60,964 nt of DNA from an uncultured Ignavibacteriales bacterium (GTDB taxonomy: Bacteria > Zixibacteria > MSB-5A5 > GN15 > FEB-12): contig CAZUAS010000002.1 in the NCBI GenBank assembly GCA_964618515.1, forward strand, positions 3,451-64,414, given 5' to 3'. Under the pieces are notes generated by a model that worked only from the letters and a program-made list of their open reading frames with translations, ran no database searches and was not told the DNA's origin. Positions 53,479-60,964 of this stretch are shown here, piece after piece. Every line of letters begins with the position of its first letter. Within the stretch, counting starts at the first letter, position 1. The position numbers and the translations under genes were made by a program.

Positions 53479-55010
53479 CAGCGACTCCCCCCGAATTGTC
53501 GAAGGCTGTTTTTCCGGTGATACGTTACCCAGCCGCAGGCGGGACGGTTATGGCCGGAAGTCTGGCTGAGGATAATTTTACGTTCGTTAATAAAACTGTC
53601 CAGAGCAACGGCGATGGCGGCCTTTTCAAGAACCTCCCCGTCAAGCCGATGGTAATCATTATCCGGATATTCTTCTTCGAGAAACCGGGTCGATAAATCC
53701 CCCTTTATAAATTTTTCATTGTCCATGATGGTCAGGTGAAAACCGATGGTCGAGTCCACTCCGCCAACCCGGTACTCCTGAAGAGCCCTTCTGGTACGGT
53801 CAATGGCTTCCCGGCGGTCTTTGCCCCAGACAATCAGCTTGGCAATCATCGGGTCGTAATAAATCGGAATCTGGGAATTCAGCAGTACGCCGGAGTCAAT
53901 CCGGACTCCCGGACCGGCCGGAATACGGTAATGCGTCAGGGTTCCGGTTGAAGGTACGAAACCTTCCTCCGGTTTTTCGGCATAGATGCGGCACTCAATC
54001 GCATGCCCCCGCAATTTAATATCTTCCTGGTTATAGCTCAGCGGCAACCCTTCGGCAATGAAAACCTGTTCTTTGACCAGGTCCAGACCGGTGACCATTT
54101 CGGTGACCGGGTGTTCCACCTGGAGCCGGGTGTTGACTTCGAGAAAATAGAACGACAGGTCGTGGTCGACGAGAAACTCCACCGTTCCCGCCCCGACATA
54201 ACCGGCGCTCCGGGCGATACTCACCGCCGCCCGGCCCATTTGCTGTCGCAGGGCTTCCGTCACCACCGGCGAGGGTGATTCCTCGATGACTTTCTGATGA
54301 CGCCTCTGGATGGAGCACTCGCGTTCGCCCAGGTATATACAGTTGCCGTGACTGTCGGCTAGAATCTGGATTTCGATATGCCGCGGGCGGGGCAGATATT
54401 TTTCAAGGAATACCCGGCTGTCGCCGAACGCCGAAGCGGCTTCGTTAGCGGCGGATTTCAGCGATTCGGCAAAGAGGTCTTCGGACGTCACCACCCGCAT
54501 CCCCTTGCCCCCGCCGCCGCCGGCGGCTTTAACCAGCACCGGAAAACCGATATCTCTGGCCGCGGCCAGAGCCGACGCCATATCAAGACCGCCGATATCG
54601 CGACCCGGCACCACCGGCAAACCGGCTTTTAAAGCCGTCTCGCGAGCCAGAAGTTTATCGCCCAAAAGACGGATCGTCTCCGGCTTGGGACCGATAAAAA
54701 TTATCCCCGCTTCAAGACATTTTTCAGCAAACAATGGATTCTCGGCTAAAAAACCGTACCCCGGATGAATAGCGTCAGCGTTACATTTCCGGGCGGTTTC
54801 GATTATTTTTTCATGTACCAGATAGCTTTCGGTTGAGGGTGACGGCCCTATATAATAAGCCTCGTCAGCCAGTCGGACATGGTAGGCGGTCTTGTCACAT
54901 TCGGAATAAACGGCAATTGCCTCGATACCCAGGTCATGGCAGGCACGGATAATCCGAACGGCGATTTCGCCCCGGTTGGCGATAAGTATTTTCTTTATCT
55001 TTTCAGTCAT
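53478..55010 (-). CDS. accC: Biotin carboxylase subunit (acyl-CoA/pyruvate carboxylase type)
   Basis: 510 aa. KILIANRGEIAVRIIRA, the ATP-grasp GGGGKGMR and the conserved EVNTRLQVEHPVTE. Confidence 0.93.
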   Translation of the reverse strand: MTEKIKKILIANRGEIAVRIIRACHDLGIEAIAVYSECDKTAYHVRLADEAYYIGPSPSTESYLVHEKIIETARKCNADAIHPGYGFLAENPLFAEKCLEAGIIFIGPKPETIRLLGDKLLARETALKAGLPVVPGRDIGGLDMASALAAARDIGFPVLVKAAGGGGGKGMRVVTSEDLFAESLKSAANEAASAFGDSRVFLEKYLPRPRHIEIQILADSHGNCIYLGERECSIQRRHQKVIEESPSPVVTEALRQQMGRAAVSIARSAGYVGAGTVEFLVDHDLSFYFLEVNTRLQVEHPVTEMVTGLDLVKEQVFIAEGLPLSYNQEDIKLRGHAIECRIYAEKPEEGFVPSTGTLTHYRIPAGPGVRIDSGVLLNSQIPIYYDPMIAKLIVWGKDRREAIDRTRRALQEYRVGGVDSTIGFHLTIMDNEKFIKGDLSTRFLEEEYPDNDYHRLDGEVLEKAAIAVALDSFINERKIILSQTSGHNRPACGWVTYHRKNSLRQFGGSR

Positions 55011-55908
55011 CTATAAAATAATCATTATCAATTTTCTTTAATTCATAAAGTGCTACTGAAGATACTCCAAGGTTATATTCAATCATTAGATGTGCAAGTT
55101 CTTCACCATCTATTAAAATTATTGTTTTCTGTATTTTCTTTACATAATCTCTTGCGTCAGCTGTAAATTTAGAAGTTGTGATAAAGACGCCTTTTGTTGC
55201 ATGATGCATTTCTAAACTACCAGCAAATTTTTGTAGTTCTGGTCTTCCTACATGTGTATCCCCCCATTTCTTTGCTTGAATATATATTTTATCTAATCCT
55301 AATTTATCTTCATTAATAATTCCATCAATGCCACCATCACCACTTTTTCCAATAGCTTTTCCAGCATCTTTTCTTGAACCTCCGTATCCCATTTTTAAAA
55401 GTAGTTCAACAACAATTTTTTCAAAAAAAGAATTTGAAGATTCTTCAATTTTTCCTAATAATTCAAAGGCTAATGACTCGTTTATTTCTAAGATACTTGA
55501 TTCAATTTTCTCTTCCGGTGTGTTTTCCTCATTTTCAATATTTTCATAATTCGTTCTTGTTTTTCTTCTACCTTGAAAAGTCTGAAATTCTGGGAATTGC
55601 CATAAAGATTTAGTTGTAATTTGATCTGGTTTTTTTGAAAGAAATTGAATACCTCTATCAGTAATTTTAAAAAAACCCCTTTCAGGACAATCTAATAATC
55701 CTGCTTTTCTCAAATAAGTTCTTGCCCAATTAACACGATTATTAAACTTATATTGCTTACCACTTGGGAGTAATTCTTTTTTTTCTTCATCTGTGAGATT
55801 AAAATTTTCAGAAAGTTCTTTTATCGCATCTTGCAACTTATGTTTTTTATTATCTTGTGCGATTAATAGCAAAGGTAACATTAATTTTTGATAATCTGGA
55901 ATACTCAT
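55003..55908 (-). CDS. mrr: Mrr-family type IV restriction endonuclease (Mrr_N winged helix plus Mrr_cat)
   Basis: 301 aa. N-terminus [13 protein letters not shown]...[16 protein letters not shown]. Catalytic region [26 protein letters not shown]. Hand counts on two 60-nt rows give ~25-27% GC against ~55% in the flank. Confidence 0.88.
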   Translation of the reverse strand: MSIPDYQKLMLPLLLIAQDNKKHKLQDAIKELSENFNLTDEEKKELLPSGKQYKFNNRVNWARTYLRKAGLLDCPERGFFKITDRGIQFLSKKPDQITTKSLWQFPEFQTFQGRRKTRTNYENIENEENTPEEKIESSILEINESLAFELLGKIEESSNSFFEKIVVELLLKMGYGGSRKDAGKAIGKSGDGGIDGIINEDKLGLDKIYIQAKKWGDTHVGRPELQKFAGSLEMHHATKGVFITTSKFTADARDYVKKIQKTIILIDGEELAHLMIEYNLGVSSVALYELKKIDNDYFIDD

Positions 55909-57455
55909 AATGGTATATTTCCATGCTTTTTGGGTGGATTAGAATCTTTTTTTGTCTCAAGCATCTCAAAAGCTCGTATCAGCCGCGGCCGGGTGGTTTT
56001 GGGCTCAATAATATCATCGATATACCCCCGTGATGCCGCTATATATGGATTGGCGAATTTCTCCCGGTACTCCTCGGTCTTTTTTTGAATTTCCGCCTCG
56101 GCATCGGCGGCTCCGGCGATATCGTTCTTGAAAATAATTTCCACCGCCCCTTTAGGTCCCATAACGGCGATTTCAGCGGTCGGCCAGGCATAGTTCATAT
56201 CGCCGCGGACGTGCTTGGAATTCATGACATCATAAGCCCCGCCATAAGCCTTGCGGGTGATAACCGTCACCTTGGGTACCGTGGCTTCACAATAAGCATA
56301 AAGCAACTTGGCGCCATTGAGAATAATCCCGCGGTGTTCCTGGTCCACGCCGGGTAAAAAGCCGGGTACATCTTCAAAAGTCAGAAGGGGGATATTGAAG
56401 GCGTCGCAGAAACGAATAAAGCGCGCGCCTTTTATCGAAGACCGGATACTGAGCACTCCGGCCAGCACCGCCGGCTGGTTGGCGATGACGCCTATCGATC
56501 GTCCTCCCAAACGGGCAAACCCTACTACGATATTCTGGGCAAACTCCTCGTGAACCTCGAAAAAGGTTCCCTTATCCACCACCAGGTTGATAACGTCTTT
56601 GATGTCATAGGGCTGGTTTGGATTTTCCGGGACAATATGGTTGAGCGCTTCCTCCTCGCGGTCAGCCGGGTCGCCGGTTTCAATAAAGGGCGGGTCTTCA
56701 CAGTTGTTCTGGGGGATATAACCGACCAGTTTTTTTAATTTAGTGATGGCATCGGCTTCGTTTTCACAGGCAAAATGCGCCACGCCGGATTTGGAAGCGT
56801 GCACCATCGCCCCACCCAGCTCCTCCGAGGTCACCTGTTCGTGCGTCACGGTCTTGACGACATTAGGACCGGTTACGAACATGTACGACGTTCCTTTTGA
56901 CATCAGCACGAAATCGGTAATGGCCGGACTGTACACCGCCCCACCGGCGCAGGGACCCAAAATAACCGAAATCTGCGGCACCACTCCCGAAGCCAGGGTA
57001 TTCAGCAGGAAAATATCGGCATACCCGCCCAGTGACACCACGCCTTCCTGAATCCGCGCTCCGCCGGAGTCGTTGATGCCGATAATGGGCGCCCCGACTT
57101 TAAGTGCCATCTTCATGATTTTACAAATCTTTTCGGCATGGGCTTCGGAGAGCGAACCGCCGAATACGGTGAAATCCTGCGAGAAGATATAGACTTTCCG
57201 CCCGTTTATCTTGCCGCAGCCGGTAACCACCCCGTCTCCGAGGATTTTTTTCTCCGCCAGACCGAAATCCGTCGAACGATGCGTAACAAACATGTCAAAC
57301 TCTTCAAAGGAATTAGTATCCACCAGCAGTTCAATCCGCTCCCGGGCGGTCAGTTTCTTTTTCTCATGCTGAGCATCGATACGCCGGGCGCCACCCCCGA
57401 GTTTCGCCTGGGTGCGCAATTTCTCAAGTTCATTTAATTTTTCTTCTAATGACAT
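55905..57455 (-). CDS. Methylmalonyl-CoA carboxyltransferase / propionyl-CoA carboxylase beta subunit
   Basis: 516 aa. Carboxyl_trans family ([21 protein letters not shown]-terminal KKHGNIPL). Confidence 0.93.
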   Translation of the reverse strand: MSLEEKLNELEKLRTQAKLGGGARRIDAQHEKKKLTARERIELLVDTNSFEEFDMFVTHRSTDFGLAEKKILGDGVVTGCGKINGRKVYIFSQDFTVFGGSLSEAHAEKICKIMKMALKVGAPIIGINDSGGARIQEGVVSLGGYADIFLLNTLASGVVPQISVILGPCAGGAVYSPAITDFVLMSKGTSYMFVTGPNVVKTVTHEQVTSEELGGAMVHASKSGVAHFACENEADAITKLKKLVGYIPQNNCEDPPFIETGDPADREEEALNHIVPENPNQPYDIKDVINLVVDKGTFFEVHEEFAQNIVVGFARLGGRSIGVIANQPAVLAGVLSIRSSIKGARFIRFCDAFNIPLLTFEDVPGFLPGVDQEHRGIILNGAKLLYAYCEATVPKVTVITRKAYGGAYDVMNSKHVRGDMNYAWPTAEIAVMGPKGAVEIIFKNDIAGAADAEAEIQKKTEEYREKFANPYIAASRGYIDDIIEPKTTRPRLIRAFEMLETKKDSNPPKKHGNIPL

Positions 57456-57476
57456 GTTTTCTCTGCAATTTTAATT

Positions 57477-58322
57477 TTATACTCGTACGTTAACGACCGC
57501 TTGCGCCACCAGCCGGTTATCCTTTTCTCTGATGAACGCCAGCGGCTGCTGTACATCATGGTCAAAAGCCATTATCACATTTTGATTGACTATCCGGGGC
57601 AAAGTCCGGCGTTTAATTTCCATCGTCTGAAGCGGGTACAAATCGGTCGCCGGGACATAAGCCACTTTCATATGGTGCGCGGTACAGAAAATATCCGCAT
57701 AATAAAAAACACTTGTCCCCCCGGATGTTATCTCCAGGGCGTAATGGGCTTCGGTATGCCCGCCGGTAATAACCGCTTTGATGCCCGGAAACAATTCGGT
57801 GTCCCCATCGAAAAAATCCACCTGCCCGGCTTGTTCCAGGGGCGCAAGGCGGTCGGGGATATAAACCGCCGCGGTTCGTTCATCGGGATGCAATGCTCTT
57901 TGCCATTCGGACCGGTTGATTATATAACGGGCGTTTTTAAAACGCGGCAGGTATCTTCCTTTTTCATTTTTTACCGCCCCCCCGGCATGGTCGGTGTGAA
58001 GATGGGTCAAAATGACAAAATCGATATCTTCGGGGCTCAAGCCAAGACCGGCCAGACCGGCTTCAAGCGACGACTCACCGTCGGCGGTGTAAATTTTCTT
58101 TTCTCTTTTGGTCAGGGTATCGCCCAGCCCGGCATCGAATAGATAGTTTTTCCCATGGGCTTTCAGGACAAAAAGATTGGTCACCATGGGGATGAGATTA
58201 TTTTCATCGGCCGGTATCAGATTCTGCCAGATTGCTTTTGGTACCACGCCGAACATACTACCTCCGTCGAGCCGGAATTTCTGCTCGACGAAGGTATATA
58301 TTTCGAACAGCCCCACTTTCAT
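57477..58322 (-). CDS. MBL-fold metallo-hydrolase
   Basis: 281 aa. HxHxDH motif THLHTDHAGG. Confidence 0.85.
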   Translation of the reverse strand: MKVGLFEIYTFVEQKFRLDGGSMFGVVPKAIWQNLIPADENNLIPMVTNLFVLKAHGKNYLFDAGLGDTLTKREKKIYTADGESSLEAGLAGLGLSPEDIDFVILTHLHTDHAGGAVKNEKGRYLPRFKNARYIINRSEWQRALHPDERTAAVYIPDRLAPLEQAGQVDFFDGDTELFPGIKAVITGGHTEAHYALEITSGGTSVFYYADIFCTAHHMKVAYVPATDLYPLQTMEIKRRTLPRIVNQNVIMAFDHDVQQPLAFIREKDNRLVAQAVVNVRV

Positions 58323-59468
58323 TTAGCGGCCTATAACGTTCCCCGCAATAACCAGGCGTTGGACTTCCGAAGTTCCCTCGTAAATTTCCAGCACGCGCTG
58401 GTCGCGGTACAATTTCTCGATAACGGAGAACTCCCCGATATAACCGTACCCGGCATGTATCTGCATAGCGCGGTCAACACAGAAATTGGCCGTTTCGGAA
58501 CAATACAATTTGGCCATGGCGGCATCAACCGAAAACGGCTCGCCTTTGTCCTGTTTTAGTACGGCTTTATAGCACAAGCCGCGAGCGGCTTCAAGACGCG
58601 TGGCCATATCGGCAATCATCCACTGAATAGCCTGAAGCTTGGCGATGGGAGCCCCGAACGCGATACGTTTCTTGGCATAAGCGACCGATTCATCCAGCGC
58701 CCGCTGGGCAATCCCCACTCCCTGGGCCGCCACCCCGATCCGGGCGCTGTCCAGCGTCATCATGGCATAGCGGAAACCCTTGCCGATTTCACCCAGCAGG
58801 TTCGCTTTGGGAGCTTTTACGTCTTTTAAGATAATCCCGCCGGTCGTAGCCGCCCGCATCCCCATCTTGTTTTTGAGTGTCCGCGCCTGCCAGCCGGGTT
58901 GTTTGGTATCTTCTACGATTATAGCTGAAAGCTTGGGCTGGTCTTTAATTTTGCAGAATAAAACGCCTAAATCAGCCGCATCGCCGTGCATGATGAATAT
59001 TTTCTCGCCGTTAATGATAAACTCGTTGCCGGTCTCCACGGCTTCGGTGGACTGGTTGGCGGCATCAGACCCGGCGTTGGGCTCGGTCAATACGAATGCG
59101 GGAATCCTCTTCCCCGCGGCGCAGTCAGGAACGAATTTCTTCTTGAGCTCGTCGCTGGCAAAATGGATAATGGGATAAGTCGCCAGCTCACCCACGGCGC
59201 ATAGAAGCCCCACCGCGGCGTCATGATAACAAAGTTCCTCAATCAGGGTTATATACTCAAGGTGCGACTTGCCCTTACCGCCGTATTCCGGAGGCATGGC
59301 GTAGCCGATAAAACCCGCTTCACCGATTTTACGATAGAGATCGACGGGAAATTTTCGAGGTTCCGGCATCTGGTCCAGTTCCCTCGAACGGGGATAGATT
59401 TCCTTCTCCGCAAATGCCTTTACTTCGTCTCTGACAGCCTGTTGTTTCGGGTCAATATTCTTGTTCAT
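58323..59468 (-). CDS. Acyl-CoA dehydrogenase
   Basis: 381 aa. ACAD blocks (LTEPNAGSD, catalytic-base region YEGTSEVQRLVI). Abuts the MBL gene start. Confidence 0.92.
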   Translation of the reverse strand: MNKNIDPKQQAVRDEVKAFAEKEIYPRSRELDQMPEPRKFPVDLYRKIGEAGFIGYAMPPEYGGKGKSHLEYITLIEELCYHDAAVGLLCAVGELATYPIIHFASDELKKKFVPDCAAGKRIPAFVLTEPNAGSDAANQSTEAVETGNEFIINGEKIFIMHGDAADLGVLFCKIKDQPKLSAIIVEDTKQPGWQARTLKNKMGMRAATTGGIILKDVKAPKANLLGEIGKGFRYAMMTLDSARIGVAAQGVGIAQRALDESVAYAKKRIAFGAPIAKLQAIQWMIADMATRLEAARGLCYKAVLKQDKGEPFSVDAAMAKLYCSETANFCVDRAMQIHAGYGYIGEFSVIEKLYRDQRVLEIYEGTSEVQRLVIAGNVIGR

Positions 59469-59513
59469 TGTTCCTCCCAGAACAAAATGTTTATTTTATC
59501 GAAAATTATTCCG

Positions 59514-59933
59514 CTACATTATTTTTTCATCCGACGATTTCCGGGCCACCGCCTTTTTTAAAAAGTCGATGGCTTCCTCGGTGGGAGCACCCGGTGTGAA
59601 AATGCGGGCGACACCCATTTTTTCCAGAGCGATTTTGTCGTCTTCCGGGATGATACCGCCGCCGAACAGGAGTATATCCTCGGCGCCCCGTTTTTTCATT
59701 TCTTCGAGGATGGCCGGGAACAGCGTCATGTGTGCGCCGGAAAGAATCGATATCCCGATCGCGTCCACATCCTCCTGAATCGCCGCCTCGACAATCATCG
59801 GCGGGGTCTGGCGAAGACCGGTGTAGATGACTTCCATCCCGGCATCGCGAAACGCCGCCGCTACCACTTTAACACCCCGGTCGTGGCCGTCTAGACCGGG
59901 CTTGGCTAACAGCACTCTGATTTTTTTTGCCAT
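59514..59933 (-). CDS. Methylmalonyl-CoA mutase B12-binding (small/C-terminal) subunit
   Basis: 139 aa. [21 protein letters not shown] carries the DxHxxG cobalamin motif. Confidence 0.9.
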   Translation of the reverse strand: MAKKIRVLLAKPGLDGHDRGVKVVAAAFRDAGMEVIYTGLRQTPPMIVEAAIQEDVDAIGISILSGAHMTLFPAILEEMKKRGAEDILLFGGGIIPEDDKIALEKMGVARIFTPGAPTEEAIDFLKKAVARKSSDEKIM

Positions 59934-59960
59934 AATTCTCTATATGCTAAAAATTATTCT

Positions 59961-60964
59961 TTACGAGACCTGCATGGCTGAGGCTGACTCAACATGCTCG
60001 CCCCACTCCTCGCGGAGTACATCGCATATCTCGCCCAGGGTGGCATACACCCGGACGCAGTCCAGGATAACTTCAAAGGTATTCTCTTTGCCCCGTGCGA
60101 CCGCCCGCAGTTTTTCCAGGTTCTCATGCACCGCTTTATTGTCGCGTTCCTGCCGGATTTTCTTTACGAAGGCGCATTGTTCCTTTTCCACCTGCTGGTC
60201 GATTTTCAGAACCGGTATCTCCAGTTTTTCATCTTCCATGACATATTTGTTGACGCCGACAATAACGCGCTCTTCTTTTTCGATTTCCTGCTGGAAGCGG
60301 TAAGCCGATTTAGCCAGTTCCCGCTGGAAGAAACCTTCCTCGATACAATTTATGACCCCGCCCCGGCGTTCGATTTCCGCAAAATATTTTTCCGCCTCGG
60401 CTTCCATTTTATCCGTCAAAGCCTCAATAAAATACGAACCGGCCAGAGGGTCAACCGTGTTGGCCACACCGGTTTCATAAGCGATAATCTGCTGGGTGCG
60501 AAGAGCGATGCGGACCGCTTTTTCCGACGGCAAAGCCAGTGTTTCGTCCATCGAGTTGGTGTGCAGCGATTGCGTCCCGCCCAGAACCGCCGCCAGAGCC
60601 TGGGTCGTTACCCGAACGATATTATTTTCCGGCTGTTGCGCCGTCAGCGAGCAACCGGCGGTCTGGGTGTGGAACCGAAGCATCCAGCTACGGGGGTCTT
60701 TAGCTTTGTATTTATTTTTCATCCGTTTGGCATAAATGCGGCGCGCCGCCCGGTATTTGGCGATTTCTTCGAAAAAGTCCGAATGGGCGTTGAAGAAAAA
60801 CGACAGCCGGGGAGCGAACTCATCGACATCCTGACCATCGGCAATCGCCGCCTCGATATACTCAAAACCATCAGCCAGCGTAAACGCCAGCTCCTGAACC
60901 GCCGTGGCTCCCGCTTCCCGGATATGATATCCCGATATGGAAATGGTATTCCACTGCGGTACAT
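59961..60964 (-). CDS. Methylmalonyl-CoA mutase catalytic (large) subunit, 5'-truncated by the window edge
   Basis: I hand-translated the frame of ORF 59961-60722 upstream of its first Met. It stays open to position 60964 and reads ...[85 protein letters not shown]..., which is canonical MCM. Confidence 0.92.
   Translation of the reverse strand, partial: VPQWNTISISGYHIREAGATAVQELAFTLADGFEYIEAAIADGQDVDEFAPRLSFFFNAHSDFFEEIAKYRAARRIYAKRMKNKYKAKDPRSWMLRFHTQTAGCSLTAQQPENNIVRVTTQALAAVLGGTQSLHTNSMDETLALPSEKAVRIALRTQQIIAYETGVANTVDPLAGSYFIEALTDKMEAEAEKYFAEIERRGGVINCIEEGFFQRELAKSAYRFQQEIEKEERVIVGVNKYVMEDEKLEIPVLKIDQQVEKEQCAFVKKIRQERDNKAVHENLEKLRAVARGKENTFEVILDCVRVYATLGEICDVLREEWGEHVESASAMQVS

Noticed and set aside
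60719-60964. 81-aa ORF in the track at the right edge, which suggests a separate gene upstream of the mutase ORF
   Set aside because: Hand translation shows the frame of 59961-60722 stays open to the window edge and encodes canonical methylmalonyl-CoA mutase sequence (..[24 protein letters not shown]..). The 81-aa ORF is an Arg/Ser-rich out-of-frame shadow.

Overview
This is a 61-kb, gene-dense chromosomal segment with about 55 CDS. I saw no rRNA, tRNA, CRISPR array, transposase or integrase. The host is a diderm bacterium. A T9SS-type C-terminal sorting domain (QNYPNPFNP...), an LpxC-FabZ fusion, and SBBP/dockerin-like secreted giants suggest an uncultivated FCB-superphylum lineage; this is inference from motif recall, not a search. 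Layout from left to right follows. (1) 0-8.6 kb holds housekeeping genes: Cas4-like nuclease, GT4, cysK, DUF362, TPR membrane protein, pdxS, Rrf2. (2) 8.9-12.7 kb holds an orphan operon of four GspG-like pseudopilins carrying extra domains. (3) 12.8-18.6 kb holds mixed genes, including a kinase-less HisKA-only ORF. (4) 18.7-28.5 kb is one long minus-strand polycistron: lpxC/fabZ-lpxA-oxidoreductase-lpxB-waaA-lpxK-nadB-guaA. (5) 28.8-39.2 kb is a secretome block with three giant secreted repeat proteins, plus a small sigma-r4/RHH pair and a CPBP protease. (6) 39.2-45.3 kb holds an HDOD protein and a tightly coupled operon of unknown function: MTase-like, beta-solenoid, HEAT, RNaseH-fold exonuclease. 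(7) 45.4-48.8 kb holds three type IV pilin genes next to an NtrC-type sigma-54 activator. Each pilin is a separate unit with a UAS, a -24/-12 promoter and a terminator, and two units share a perfect 467-bp duplication. (8) 49.1-51.9 kb holds URO-D-like, GAF/fRMsr-like, an unannotated 52-aa membrane ORF, a BlaI-like repressor and a zinc-ribbon membrane protein. (9) 52-61 kb is a methylmalonyl-CoA/propionyl-CoA cluster interrupted by a strongly AT-rich Mrr-type restriction endonuclease gene that overlaps both neighbours. All family calls come from motif recognition by eye. No HMM, BLAST or structure searches were run.
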